Origin: Desulfosporosinus sp. Tol-M | GTDB lineage: Bacteria; Bacillota; Desulfitobacteriia; Desulfitobacteriales; Desulfitobacteriaceae | NCBI GenBank assembly: GCA_000770645.1 | Contig: JQID01000127.1 | Span: 10,194-74,193 of the forward strand | Reading direction: 5' to 3' | DNA: 64,000 nucleotides | Part shown: positions 10,345 through 20,599 of the stretch, piece after piece | How the letters are laid out: every line of letters begins with the position of its first letter | Numbering within the stretch: the first letter of the stretch is position 1 | Notes under the pieces: model-generated | Database searches by the model: none | Told to the model about the DNA's origin: nothing | Seen by the model: only the letters and a program-made list of their open reading frames with translations | Position numbers and translations under genes: made by a program

Positions 10345-12321
10345 GTGAAGTATTATATTACAACTCCGATTTTCTATCCGAATTCAAACCCGCATATTGG
10401 AACAGCTTATACAACGGTTGCAGCTGACACGCTTGCCCGTTATCATAGATTACTGGGGGATGAAGTATACTTTTTAACCGGTACGGATGAAAACGCACAG
10501 AAAATTGTTCGCACCGCGGAAGCAAATCATATCGACCCCAGGACTTATGTGGATGGCGTGGTAGAACGCTTTAGAGAATTATGGCTGGCCTTGGATGTTT
10601 CAAATGATGACTTTATAAGGACGACGGAGGTACGTCATCATAAAGTTGTTCAACATATTTTTACGAAGCTGTACGAACAAGGGGATATCTATAAGTCGGT
10701 GTATTCAGGCTGGTATTGTACCCCTTGTGAAACGTTTTGGCTGGAAAATAAGTTAATTGAGGGCAAATGCCCTAATGCTGATTGTGGCCGGGCTGTGGAA
10801 CTGCTCAAGGAAGAAAGTTATTTCTTCCGCCTTTCAAAATATCAAGATGCCTTATTAAAACACATCGAAGGGCATCGGGAATTCATCCAACCGGTTTCCC
10901 GTCGCAACGAGATGCTGCGCTTTATCGAGGGCGGTTTAGAGGATCTCTGTGTTTCACGTACTACATTTCAGTGGGGAATCAAAGTACCATTTGATCCAAA
11001 ACATGTTATATACGTATGGCTGGACGCCCTAATAAATTATATTTCAGCACTCGGTTATCCGGATGGAGAAAATTATGGACAGTATTGGCCTGCTGATGTT
11101 CACCTCATGGGAAAAGATATAGTGCGTTTTCATGCTGTGATTTGGCCTATTATTCTTATGGCCTTAAATATTCCTCTACCTAAAGTTATTTATGGACATG
11201 GCTGGTATCTAACTAATGATGGAGGGAAAATTTCAAAGTCCCGAGGAAATGTTGAGGATTCCTTCGAGTTGATTCAAAGATACGGCTCGGATGCCATTCG
11301 ATATTTTTTATTACGCGAAATGCAGGCGGGCATGGATGGTACTTATTCCGAAGATAACGTGGTTGAACGCCTAAACAGAGATTTGGCCAATGATTTTGGA
11401 AATTTCGTATCTCGGAGTTTAGCAATGGTGGTTAAGTATCGAAAGGGAATCGTTCCTTGTCCAGGGCAAGACGGCTCACAGGAGAGAGAATTGAAGGCGT
11501 TAAGTCATGAAGTAAAAAAAGCTGTCGAAAAAAGTCTTGAGGTATTTGACCCGGCGAGTGCACTTGAAGAGATTTGGCGCTTTGTGGCACGGTGTAATAA
11601 GTATGTCGATGAAACAGCACCGTGGGTTCTTGCTAAGCAAGAAGAACTGCGGGAGCGCTTAGATACTGTTCTGTATACATTCATGGAATGTATACGCATT
11701 ATGGCAGTTTTGACAGCCCCTTTCATGCCTGGATTACCGCCCAGAATTTGTACGCTCCTGGGTCTTGATGAAGGGCTCATCCGTTGGGGAGAAACGGATC
11801 AATGGGGTATCCTGGAACCCGGGATAAAAGTACATAAGGGAGAACAGCTTTTCCCAAGAATAGACATTTCGCAATTTTCGACAGTAGGAGAGACGGAAAA
11901 AGTGGATCAAGATCGAACTACAGATAACATAAGCCAAACCCAAGCTCAAAAAGAAACCGGCGAACCTGCTCCATTGCTCGAATTCGAGCCTATCAAAGAA
12001 GAAATCAGCATCGAGGATTTTTCCAAACTGGATTTACGTGTCGGCAAAGTCCTAAGTGCAGAGAAAGTAGAAAAGACGGATAAACTTATGAAGTTAGAAG
12101 TCGAAGTGGCCGGCGTTGTGCGTACGGTGGTCTCAGGTATTGCAAAACACTATGCATCAGAAGACCTGGTAAACCAAAATGTGGTCTTGGTGGCAAATTT
12201 GAAACCTACCAAGCTGAGGGGAATCACCTCCCAGGGTATGATCTTGGCAGCATCACAGGGGGAAGTGTTGGAAGTCCTTATGGTCAACAAAGATCTTCCC
12301 GGAGGGGTGCGGATCAAATGA
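10345..12321 (+). CDS. metG: Methionyl-tRNA synthetase with C-terminal tRNA-binding domain
   Basis: YYITTPIFYPN..HIG, GKDIVRFH, KISKSRGN; C-terminal OB fold. Confidence 0.97.
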   Translation: MKYYITTPIFYPNSNPHIGTAYTTVAADTLARYHRLLGDEVYFLTGTDENAQKIVRTAEANHIDPRTYVDGVVERFRELWLALDVSNDDFIRTTEVRHHKVVQHIFTKLYEQGDIYKSVYSGWYCTPCETFWLENKLIEGKCPNADCGRAVELLKEESYFFRLSKYQDALLKHIEGHREFIQPVSRRNEMLRFIEGGLEDLCVSRTTFQWGIKVPFDPKHVIYVWLDALINYISALGYPDGENYGQYWPADVHLMGKDIVRFHAVIWPIILMALNIPLPKVIYGHGWYLTNDGGKISKSRGNVEDSFELIQRYGSDAIRYFLLREMQAGMDGTYSEDNVVERLNRDLANDFGNFVSRSLAMVVKYRKGIVPCPGQDGSQERELKALSHEVKKAVEKSLEVFDPASALEEIWRFVARCNKYVDETAPWVLAKQEELRERLDTVLYTFMECIRIMAVLTAPFMPGLPPRICTLLGLDEGLIRWGETDQWGILEPGIKVHKGEQLFPRIDISQFSTVGETEKVDQDRTTDNISQTQAQKETGEPAPLLEFEPIKEEISIEDFSKLDLRVGKVLSAEKVEKTDKLMKLEVEVAGVVRTVVSGIAKHYASEDLVNQNVVLVANLKPTKLRGITSQGMILAASQGEVLEVLMVNKDLPGGVRIK

Positions 12322-13091
12322 TTTGGGATACACATGCGCACTTAGATGATCCTCTATATTCGGAAGACTTCGAAGAAGTTGCAGCACGAATGAAGTCAGC
12401 CGGGATTTCCCGGGTGACAAATGTGGGATGCGATCTCCCTTCTTCAGAACGATCTGTACAGCTGGCTCAAGAATACGATTTTATCTATGCTGCAATTGGT
12501 ATACACCCGCACTATGCCAAAGGGGCCACAGATGAAACCTGGGCAAAGCTCTTACTCTTGGCAAAACAACCGAAAGTGTTGGCTTGGGGCGAAATTGGGC
12601 TAGACTATTATCGCGATCTTTCCCCGCGCTCGATTCAAAAACAAATATTTATTCAACAGATCATGTTAGCAAATGAAGCGGGTTTACCGATTGTTATTCA
12701 TGAGCGAGATGCTCATCAGGCTGTTTTGGAGATAGTAAAAGCCCATCCCCCAAAGTCCGGCGGAGTATTCCACTGCTATTCCGGGTCATGGGAAATGGCA
12801 AAGGTTCTTATGAACCTGGGATTCTATCTTTCTTTTGCCGGACCGGTGACCTATAAAAACGCGCGGCAGACGGTTGAGGTGGCAGGCCATGCTCCAATAG
12901 ATCGTATTCTCGTGGAGACGGATTCCCCATATTTAACTCCGGAACCGCGACGTGGCAAGCGTAATGAACCGACTTACGTTCGAGAAATTGTTAAGAAAAT
13001 TGCGGAGATTAAAAACTTGCCTTTTGAAGACGCCGCGCTTCAAACTATGCGTAATGCGGAAATCATTTTTAATACCAGGCATAAAGTATAA
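12318..13091 (+). CDS. tatD: TatD-family DNase
   Basis: DTHAHL, GEIGLDY, HCYSG, ETDSPYL. Confidence 0.95.
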   Translation: MIWDTHAHLDDPLYSEDFEEVAARMKSAGISRVTNVGCDLPSSERSVQLAQEYDFIYAAIGIHPHYAKGATDETWAKLLLLAKQPKVLAWGEIGLDYYRDLSPRSIQKQIFIQQIMLANEAGLPIVIHERDAHQAVLEIVKAHPPKSGGVFHCYSGSWEMAKVLMNLGFYLSFAGPVTYKNARQTVEVAGHAPIDRILVETDSPYLTPEPRRGKRNEPTYVREIVKKIAEIKNLPFEDAALQTMRNAEIIFNTRHKV

Positions 13092-13148
13092 CTGACGGGT
13101 AAGAGTCTGTATTTTTATAGGTTTAGTTCATGTTTTCTTTACTTGTTA

Positions 13149-13182
13149 AAGGGGACCTTCGATAGCGGAAGGTTCTTTTTTT
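13149..13182 (+). terminator. Intrinsic terminator after tatD
   Basis: aaggggaccttc...gaaggttcttttttt. Confidence 0.7.
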
Positions 13183-13220
13183 GTGGGATACTTCATATGG
13201 TTCTGTTAAGGGGGAATAAG

Positions 13221-13368
13221 ATGTATTCGCTACCGATCAGTATTTATTCAAATTATTACGGGTAGAGCAATATGTGGAAATCAGATTGATGTGTTTTTCC
13301 CATCTCTCCGTCAGTGTGTAAGCTGGGGTCGAAAATCTGTGCATATTTATGTCTTAGCCTCCAGTTAG
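13221..13368 (+). pseudogene. Remnant of a 3D-domain (lytic transglycosylase-like) gene, internally deleted
   Basis: RBS aaggggg plus ATG at 13221 followed by an early stop; out-of-frame segment 13258-13368 reads TGRAICGNQIDVFFPSLRQCVSWGRKSVHIYVLASS*, matching the 3D C-terminus (compare DTGGAIKGNRIDLYM in the next gene). Confidence 0.7.
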
Positions 13369-13448
13369 TGGAAAAACAATTTGACAAACAGACTACTTAT
13401 CCGTTAAAATGAGGTTGCTAGGTCGGATCAGGATTTTGGAGGGATTTA

Positions 13449-14621
13449 ATGATTCAGTTAACTCGAACTCAGGTCCTATCCTTGGTTCGGAGGTCGCGTA
13501 TAGCCCAAATAGTTATTTTTGTATGTGCAGTATTTCTTATTACAGGTGTAACACTTTGTTACAATGCCAAAACAATTGAGGCCCACATTGACGGACAAAC
13601 AGTACGCGTTTCGACGATCTATGGGACTGTGGGTCAGGCACTCGCCCATGCGAACTTAGAATTATATCCGGAGGATATTGTAAACCCTTCTCGGGACACA
13701 TTGGTTACCAAGGGATTAAAGGTAGAAGTAACGAGGAGTATACCAGTTCATCTCTTGGTGGATGATCAATCTTTCATGACACGGACACCCGCAAAAACGG
13801 TGGGAGAAGCGCTTGTTGATTTATCAGAGCGTTACGGACTTCAGATAAAAGACGTGGATGAAGTGAATATTTTACGAACAGAAGCTGTCACGAACCAAAT
13901 GGAAATTAGGGTACGGCGGTCTATCCCCATTTTTGTACACGTAGATGGTAAGGATATAGATACCTATATCGCGCCACGAACCGTCGCTGATGCGCTCGCG
14001 AAACTAGGGATTGTCTTGGGAATGAAAGATAAGGTCTCGCAGCCCTTAGACCATATGCTAGAGTCTAATGAGCATGTTCAGGTGGTTAGGGTTGAGGAAC
14101 GAGTTGATACCGTGAAAAGTGAGATTCCATTTCAGATTGTTGCACAGTCGGCCGATTATCCCGTCGGATTACCGGATAAAGTTGTCAGTCGTGGCTCAAA
14201 TGGTCTCCAAGAGCAAACGATTAAACTGACGTTGGAAGATGGGAAAGAGGTTGATCGAGAAATACTCAGTCAGCGAGTGCTTACCCCGCCAACCAATCAA
14301 TTGGTTTCTCGGGGGGTACAAACTTCAATTTCCCGGGGCGGTACGACCATACATTTTAAACGAGCTTATCTCATGAGAGCGACAGCTTATTGTATACCAG
14401 GAGGGATCACAAAAACGGGGGTGTCCGTCCGTTGGGGGGTCATTGCCGTTGATCCCGGAGTAATTTCTCTTGGAGAGAACGTATATGTTGAGGGTTATGG
14501 GCAGGCACGTGCTTTAGATACTGGGGGAGCAATAAAAGGGAACCGGATCGACCTTTATATGAATTCCACAGAAGCAGCATTAGCATATGGTGTTCGGAAC
14601 GTCGTGGTATATGTACAGTAA
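13449..14621 (+). CDS. yabE: YabE-like protein (DUF348 repeats, G5 and 3D domains)
   Basis: TVGQAL/TVGEAL/TVADAL repeats, G5, ATAY...IAVDP...DTGGAIKGNRIDLY; TTGACA-18-TAAAAT promoter at 13381. Confidence 0.9.
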   Translation: MIQLTRTQVLSLVRRSRIAQIVIFVCAVFLITGVTLCYNAKTIEAHIDGQTVRVSTIYGTVGQALAHANLELYPEDIVNPSRDTLVTKGLKVEVTRSIPVHLLVDDQSFMTRTPAKTVGEALVDLSERYGLQIKDVDEVNILRTEAVTNQMEIRVRRSIPIFVHVDGKDIDTYIAPRTVADALAKLGIVLGMKDKVSQPLDHMLESNEHVQVVRVEERVDTVKSEIPFQIVAQSADYPVGLPDKVVSRGSNGLQEQTIKLTLEDGKEVDREILSQRVLTPPTNQLVSRGVQTSISRGGTTIHFKRAYLMRATAYCIPGGITKTGVSVRWGVIAVDPGVISLGENVYVEGYGQARALDTGGAIKGNRIDLYMNSTEAALAYGVRNVVVYVQ

Positions 14622-14622
14622 C

Positions 14623-14710
14623 CGCGAGGCCCGAAGCGCGAAGCCCGAAGTCCGAAGTTCCAAGCTTTAGCTCGAGGCCCGAGCTCGAAGTCTTGGTTCC
14701 GAATATCGCG
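14623..14710. repeat. Degenerate 7-nt tandem repeat array (CGA-core heptamers)
   Basis: cgcgagg cccgaag cgcgaag cccgaag tccgaag ttccaag ... ctcgagg cccgag ctcgaag. Confidence 0.75.
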
Positions 14711-14845
14711 CATTGGGCATTGTGCTTTGGTGGACATTAAGCCTTCGCATTTTAAGCGGAGGCTTGCTTTATGTACGTCAGGAAGTATAACTTTATTTAT
14801 CCTCACATACTCTTTAATTGAAACCATGAAACGGGGGAGTACTGG

Positions 14846-15553
14846 ATGGGTAAGTATGTGGGGATAACGGGGAACAAAACGGCGATATTACTTGTCCTGA
14901 GTGTAATGAGCGTGCTGGTATTATCTGTTCTTTGGCAGGGTTCGACCGCTGTAGTCAGCCATTTTGAAAAGGGCCATATAGTAATGCTTGATCCGGGGCA
15001 CGGGGGATATGACCCTGGAGCAATTACAAATCAGGGTGTTTACGAAAAAGCGATTAATCTCCAGATTGCCCAAAAGGTCAAGGAAATGCTTGGTCCAAGC
15101 GGAATTGAGGTTTTTCTTACACGGGAAGAAGATATTGACTATGTTCCGGACGGGGTCAAAGGAAAAACAACAAAAAAACAAATTGACTTAAATCGCCGTA
15201 TTGATATGGCAAGAGAGGTAAATGCTGATGTTTTCGTCAGTCTGCATGTCAATGCAACAGCAACAGGACTGCAATCCGGTGCGGAAACTTTTTATCATTA
15301 TCAGTCTGAATCAGGTAAAGGGTTAGCTGAATTAATTCAACAAGAATTGATTAAAATACCTGGGATGAATCGAAGAATTACAAAACCGGGGGATTTTTAC
15401 ATTATTAAGAACACAAGTATGCCTGCAATTATTGTAGAAGTAGGTTATTTATCGAGTGTGAAGGAACAGAAAAAACTACAGCAATCTTGGTACCAGGAAC
15501 AGTTGGCACGTGCGATTGCGAAAGGGATTGCAAACTATTTTATACAACCATAA
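14846..15553 (+). CDS. N-acetylmuramoyl-L-alanine amidase (Amidase_3, CwlD-like)
   Basis: N-terminal TM; LDPGHGGYDPGA, EK, FVSLHVNA, IVEVGYLS. Confidence 0.9.
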   Translation: MGKYVGITGNKTAILLVLSVMSVLVLSVLWQGSTAVVSHFEKGHIVMLDPGHGGYDPGAITNQGVYEKAINLQIAQKVKEMLGPSGIEVFLTREEDIDYVPDGVKGKTTKKQIDLNRRIDMAREVNADVFVSLHVNATATGLQSGAETFYHYQSESGKGLAELIQQELIKIPGMNRRITKPGDFYIIKNTSMPAIIVEVGYLSSVKEQKKLQQSWYQEQLARAIAKGIANYFIQP

Positions 15554-15662
15554 TTGACTTGAATAGGATAAATATAACACTTATTATTTTAATACATAAC
15601 GCCCTTTGAAGCGGGGAAAATAAAGTCAGTACCGAATCTACATTAAGGAGTTGAAGCGCAGC

Positions 15663-16838
15663 ATGAAACGGTTTCTGACTTTTATGATGAGCAGTGCCCT
15701 GATTTTGGGACTTGCCTTGACAGGTTGTTCAAATGTACCGTCTCCTGTTCCTCCCCAAACCCCGGAGCAAACCTCGCAAGCGACAGAACCACCGGAAGCT
15801 GAAGCCGGTGCGACACGTGATTCCGTATTAGGAACTGAGAAACGAGTGGTCTTGGGATTTTTCACTGACTCTGAAGGACCTACACCCGGTTCGAAAGAAT
15901 CGATGAGCAAAAACGCTAAATTGCTCGATGAAGTCGCGTTTTTCTGGTACTCTTTTGATGCAACTGGCAAAGTCGTTCCAAGTGGTAAAGTAGATCTGAA
16001 AATCAAAGAAACGGCTCAAAAAAATGGATCGAAAGCCTATGCCTTAGTGCATAACATGAATTTAACCGGGACGGTTGGCTTTGATGCGAATTTAGCTCAC
16101 AAAGTTTTATCTAATCCTGCCATTAGGGCTAATTTAGTGACGAATCTGGTTAACCTGACGACAAAAGATGGCTGGGACGGCATTTCGGTGGATGTGGAAA
16201 AGACACCTCCAGGAGATCGAGCCAACTTTTCGGCCTTTGTTGCTGAGCTTGGTAAAGCGTTAAAAGCAAAAGACAAAGTCTTGAACATTTCAATCCCCGC
16301 TAAATTTGTGGACTATCCTTCTGATCTGTGGTCAGGCGCATATGATTATGCTGCGATTGGAAAAGCAGCTGACCAAATCATTCTTATGACATATGATGAG
16401 CATGGACTTGGGACGACCCAAGGGCCCGTTGCCTCTGAAGGATGGGTTGATCGTGTTATCAAATTTGCAGTGGAGAAAATACCTAAAGAAAAGATTGTGA
16501 TGGGTCTCCCTGTTTATTCCTTTGACTGGGGAACTAACAAACCAACCATGCCAGATTATCTCTCCTATGCTCAAACAGTTGAGCGGGCCAAGAAGCATGG
16601 AGTAGAAATTCAAACTGATCCCAATGCGAAAGTGCCCCAATTTAGTTATACAGCTAATGGGGTTCGACACGAGGTCTATTTTGAGAACATCGCTAGTTTG
16701 AGGGCAAAAATGGATGACGCACTCAAACACAAGTTACATGGTGTTGCCATTTGGCGGTTAGGAATGGAGGATCCCGCGATCTGGGATCAGCTCATCCAGA
16801 CGTATGGAACAAATAAAGAAACAAAGGAAAAGAAATAA
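15663..16838 (+). CDS. GH18 glycoside hydrolase lipoprotein (SleL/YaaH-like)
   Basis: Lipobox LTGC; DGISVDVE, LMTYDEH and IWRLGMED motifs. Confidence 0.88.
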   Translation: MKRFLTFMMSSALILGLALTGCSNVPSPVPPQTPEQTSQATEPPEAEAGATRDSVLGTEKRVVLGFFTDSEGPTPGSKESMSKNAKLLDEVAFFWYSFDATGKVVPSGKVDLKIKETAQKNGSKAYALVHNMNLTGTVGFDANLAHKVLSNPAIRANLVTNLVNLTTKDGWDGISVDVEKTPPGDRANFSAFVAELGKALKAKDKVLNISIPAKFVDYPSDLWSGAYDYAAIGKAADQIILMTYDEHGLGTTQGPVASEGWVDRVIKFAVEKIPKEKIVMGLPVYSFDWGTNKPTMPDYLSYAQTVERAKKHGVEIQTDPNAKVPQFSYTANGVRHEVYFENIASLRAKMDDALKHKLHGVAIWRLGMEDPAIWDQLIQTYGTNKETKEKK

Positions 16839-16882
16839 GTGACTTCAGCCTAACCCAAAGGGAATTGGAATTATAGCAATAA

Positions 16883-16907
16883 GGGGACGATAAACTTTCG
16901 TCCCCTT
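16883..16907. terminator. Hairpin between convergent genes
   Basis: aggggacga-taaact-ttcgtcccct. Confidence 0.6.
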
Positions 16908-16964
16908 ATAAAATATTTTCTAACGGTGCAAATTATGGGGGTTTAAGAAAGGGGGTTATAAGCT

Positions 16965-17476
16965 TTATTTCATACTATTCAATGGTATTTCGAAATAGTA
17001 AATTATACTTGATCCTAATATAAACGCAATTAGCCAGGCAAGTGGAGGCTTCTTATGATGAATTATTAGTAATGGAAACAAGATGAAATCGAAACCCATC
17101 GACCACCAAAGATCCAACCATTACTATACTTAACTAGATTAAATTGAAGATAGACCCATTCAATTATCGTAAATAGGGCTATCCATAGTAGCATATAGGG
17201 TATAATTTTCCCAAAACCACCATTTTTAGGGAAATGCGTTAAATATATTTAAACGCTTGCCGGCCAATTTATGAATACCATAAGTAATGTTGTTAAGGTT
17301 GCATTCAGTAGCGGATCACTTAATTCCCAAAGAGGATAATCATATGTCAAGAATTGATAAACTAAATCACCAGAAATCATAAATAGTATAGTTGGATAGT
17401 ACTTTTTATAATTTCTCCAATCTCCCCATTTATAAGCTGCAAGTATCCAAATAGCTGATTTCAATAATCTAAGCAT
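16965..17476 (-). pseudogene. CBO0543-family membrane protein pseudogene
   Basis: KWGDWRNYKKYYPTILF start; in-frame TAA at 17251-17249; reading resumes IYLTHFPK...YSNGW, then shifts frame near 17113 to LWWSMGFDFILFPLLIIHHKKPPLAW...SMK*. Confidence 0.75.
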
Positions 17477-17637
17477 ATATTTGCCTTTCGATTTAACATA
17501 TTAATCTGATACTCAGTTATTATAACAATTAGTTATATAGTTAATCATATTTTGATTTAGGTTGTAAATTTGAGTGGAAGCGTACCTAAGCTCTTATACT
17601 CTTGTTATGGTAAAAAGGAGAGATCATTATTTTATTA

Positions 17638-18192
17638 TTGGATAATAATGCTTATACCCTTCCAGGGATAGAGAAAGCTAATGATTTACTACATGAAGCA
17701 AATGTGGTATTGTTAGAAGTCTGGCTGGAAGAAATAGTTTTTACTTGGCGTTGGTGGCTTGAAATTACTATTCTAATATTGCCCTGGATTTTCTTTTGGT
17801 TTATGTTGAGAAAAAAAGAAGACACATATCGCCTGGTCTGTGCAGGCGTTTTTGTAATGTTGGCAGCTACATATATGGATACAGTAGGTATGGCTCTACG
17901 CCTTTGGGGTTATCCCACCAAGGAGGTGCCGCTGGTTCCTCCTTACATAACCTGGGACTTATGCGCAATACCTGTTGCGGTAATGATTTTTTTACATTAT
18001 AAACCCGCGGTCAATCCGCTTATCAAGGCTATAATATTAGGAATAGTTGGTTCCTTTGTAATGCAACCCCTTGCCGTAATGGCAGGCCTGTATATACCAT
18101 ATCATTGGAAGCATCACTATTCATTCCCCATGGTCATACTTATTTATCTTACGGCAAACTATTTTTATTATTATTTCGGTTGGAAAAAGTGA
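17638..18192 (+). CDS. CBO0543-family membrane protein
   Basis: W...VFTWRWW, LWGYP, YHWKHHYSF patterns; hydrophobic. Confidence 0.7.
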   Translation: MDNNAYTLPGIEKANDLLHEANVVLLEVWLEEIVFTWRWWLEITILILPWIFFWFMLRKKEDTYRLVCAGVFVMLAATYMDTVGMALRLWGYPTKEVPLVPPYITWDLCAIPVAVMIFLHYKPAVNPLIKAIILGIVGSFVMQPLAVMAGLYIPYHWKHHYSFPMVILIYLTANYFYYYFGWKK

Positions 18193-18302
18193 AGTGAAAT
18201 CAAATAAGCGATAAATAAATTCTTCACTTTAGGGTGAACAAGTTCAAAGATTAATATAAACTTCCTAAACAGATATACGTTTGGAAGCGGAGGCATCAAA
18301 GG

Positions 18303-18854
18303 ATGATCAGGGAACTTATAGTTGTGGAAGGAAAAAATGACGCCCATGCGGTACGACAGGCCCTCGGGAAAGTTGATATCATTTGGACAGAGGGTTATGG
18401 GTTAACCAGGAATAAGCTAGACTACATTGCAGAAATGGCCAACCGGCAAGGGGTGATTGTATTTACGGATCCGGATACGGTGGGAGAGCAGATTCGTAAC
18501 CGTATCCGGGACTATGTTCCTCAGGCAAAACACGCTTTCTTAACCAGGAAAGCAGCTTCCAAACTGGGAGATATTGGAGTAGAAAATGCAGATCTGCATG
18601 AAATACGCCACGCCTTTGCACATATTCAACAAGAGGTGGGGACGCTTATTGAAAATTTTACATTAGAGGATTTATTATTAGTTGGTCTTGTGGGGTCAAG
18701 GCGGGCGAAGGAATACAGGTTAGCACTTGGGCGCAAGTTGGGGATCGGGGATACCAATGCCAAACAATTCCTTCATCGGTTAAACCGTTTTGGTATATCC
18801 CGCGAGTTATTTTTTCAAGCGATAGAGGAGGTTAGGCATGGAGAGCGCTTCTGA
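18303..18854 (+). CDS. rnmV: Ribonuclease M5
   Basis: IVVEGKND, VIVFTDPD..GEQIR, IGVENA, NAKQFLHRLN. Confidence 0.95.
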   Translation: MIRELIVVEGKNDAHAVRQALGKVDIIWTEGYGLTRNKLDYIAEMANRQGVIVFTDPDTVGEQIRNRIRDYVPQAKHAFLTRKAASKLGDIGVENADLHEIRHAFAHIQQEVGTLIENFTLEDLLLVGLVGSRRAKEYRLALGRKLGIGDTNAKQFLHRLNRFGISRELFFQAIEEVRHGERF

Positions 18855-19665
18855 ATACACGCAACGACTTATAAGAAGAGGGGCACGCGCTCATAAATCT
18901 ATGGGGCAAGTTTTTCTGATGAGTGACGAAGTGATTGACCGCATTGTTTCAGCTAGTACTCTACAGCCGGATGTCCCACTCGTGGAAATTGGGCCAGGGC
19001 TTGGGGTATTAACCCGGGTCCTTGCTCCAAGGGTGCAAAAGATGTGGGCTGTCGAGTTAGATATTCATAAAATCGGGATTCTGAACAAAGAGCTTCGGGG
19101 GCATACTATAGAAATAGTCAATCAAGATGCGTTGACGCTAAATCTGAATGAACTATGGGGAGATCAGAAAGGGTATTTAATAGGAAATTTGCCCTATTAT
19201 ATCGCAAACCCATTGATTATGCACTTTCTTGAACAAGAGGGTCACTTAAGGGGGATGACTATAATGGTTCAGAAAGAAGTAGCGGACCGGATTACAGCTT
19301 CACCAGGGAGCAAGAACTATGGTATCTTATCCATTGCGGTTCAGATTTCCGCCCAAGTCACTAAAGTGACGGATGTTTTGCCTGGCGAATTTTGGCCTGC
19401 GCCAAAAGTATCTTCTGCTGTGATTAGATTGGATCTTCGCCCTTACCCTAATTTTAACGCAGATAAAAAAGATTTTTTCCGAGTAGTTAAAGCAGCCTTC
19501 AGTCAGAGGCGAAAGACTTTGGGAAACTCCCTTGCGGGCGGTTTAGGGCTAAAAAAGGAAGAAGTGATCGAACGCATGCAAGGTATAAGGATCTCGGATG
19601 GGCGGCGAGCAGAATCATTGAGTATTGAAGAATTTCAGCTGCTAACAAAAGCCTTTCAATCGTAA
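18838..19665 (+). CDS. rsmA: 16S rRNA m6,2A dimethyltransferase KsgA
   Basis: EIGPGLG, GNLPYYI, MVQKEVADRI, FSQRRKTL. Confidence 0.96.
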   Translation: MESASEYTQRLIRRGARAHKSMGQVFLMSDEVIDRIVSASTLQPDVPLVEIGPGLGVLTRVLAPRVQKMWAVELDIHKIGILNKELRGHTIEIVNQDALTLNLNELWGDQKGYLIGNLPYYIANPLIMHFLEQEGHLRGMTIMVQKEVADRITASPGSKNYGILSIAVQISAQVTKVTDVLPGEFWPAPKVSSAVIRLDLRPYPNFNADKKDFFRVVKAAFSQRRKTLGNSLAGGLGLKKEEVIERMQGIRISDGRRAESLSIEEFQLLTKAFQS

Positions 19666-19709
19666 AGAATAGAGAGACACCGAGACGATTCCCAGATCCC
19701 TCTCACATT

Positions 19710-19780
19710 TTTATCCATTCGTAAGACTTCCACTTCTACAAGTGGGAGTGGGTCCTCCGTACCCTGCTTCGGTGGGGTAG
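19710..19780 (-). repeat. Intergenic repeat family B (double hairpin), partial inverted copy
   Basis: Reverse complement nearly identical to 54020-54092. Confidence 0.85.
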
Positions 19781-19877
19781 CGGAATATATTACCTACATA
19801 AGAATAAACTTTTTCTTTCATACTATTTCTGGCACGTTAAAGGAAGTTTTGTTATAAAAAAAAGTGCGAATGATCCC

Positions 19878-20513
19878 ATGTCCTATGTGCCGGTTACCAT
19901 GTTTGAATTGACGGAGGGTGAGCTTGAGTTGGAAAAAGCAAATAAGAAGCACTTTCTGAAATGGTCGAATATTATCGCCACGACAGCGACGACAGTGTTA
20001 GCGCTTACGGCCGTAATAACCGTCTTTTTAACCGTATCTGCATGGAAAGGACAACAGGAAACAGCACGACCGTATTTCATTTTAAAAGAGTCGCCAAAAG
20101 TTGAGTTAGGTAGTGAACTTAGTTTTGAGTTGAAATTCACCAATGTCGGAATGCATCCGGCTGTCAATCTTTCAAGCGAGACAATTGTTTTTGATGACCG
20201 TTTAACCGGAAAGCCGATTCATCATGACGAATCGGCGATTGTCAACGAAATTCCCAAAGATTCCTCGTCAAGCCTGGTTATGACCATACCAAGTGAGGAG
20301 ATTTACCCAAAGCAATATAATATTAACGCGCATTATGTTGTTGTAGATATACAGTATGATGATCCCATCTTAAAAAAATCGTATAGTCAAACTATTTACA
20401 TGAATTGGAATGGGGTACTAGAAGAAAAAATGCAACCTACTGTGCACGTGCGAGTGGAGGAAAGAGGAAAGATTGAGGATTATTTAAAGAAGAATGGTAT
20501 TGTTCTAAAATAG
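19878..20513 (+). CDS. Hypothetical membrane-anchored protein
   Basis: 211-aa ORF with one N-terminal TM helix and a following terminator-like hairpin; no family recognised. Confidence 0.65.
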   Translation: MSYVPVTMFELTEGELELEKANKKHFLKWSNIIATTATTVLALTAVITVFLTVSAWKGQQETARPYFILKESPKVELGSELSFELKFTNVGMHPAVNLSSETIVFDDRLTGKPIHHDESAIVNEIPKDSSSSLVMTIPSEEIYPKQYNINAHYVVVDIQYDDPILKKSYSQTIYMNWNGVLEEKMQPTVHVRVEERGKIEDYLKKNGIVLK

Positions 20514-20599
20514 GATGAATTGCAAAATAAGTTTGAGGGCAGGAATATTCAATCCCTGCCCTCATTAAATTTTTTTAATTCATAATTCGATTTTTATAG

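Noticed and set aside
13183-13448. c-di-AMP (ydaO) riboswitch before yabE
   Set aside because: Consensus elements not seen; the region is explained by a 3D-domain gene remnant and a promoter
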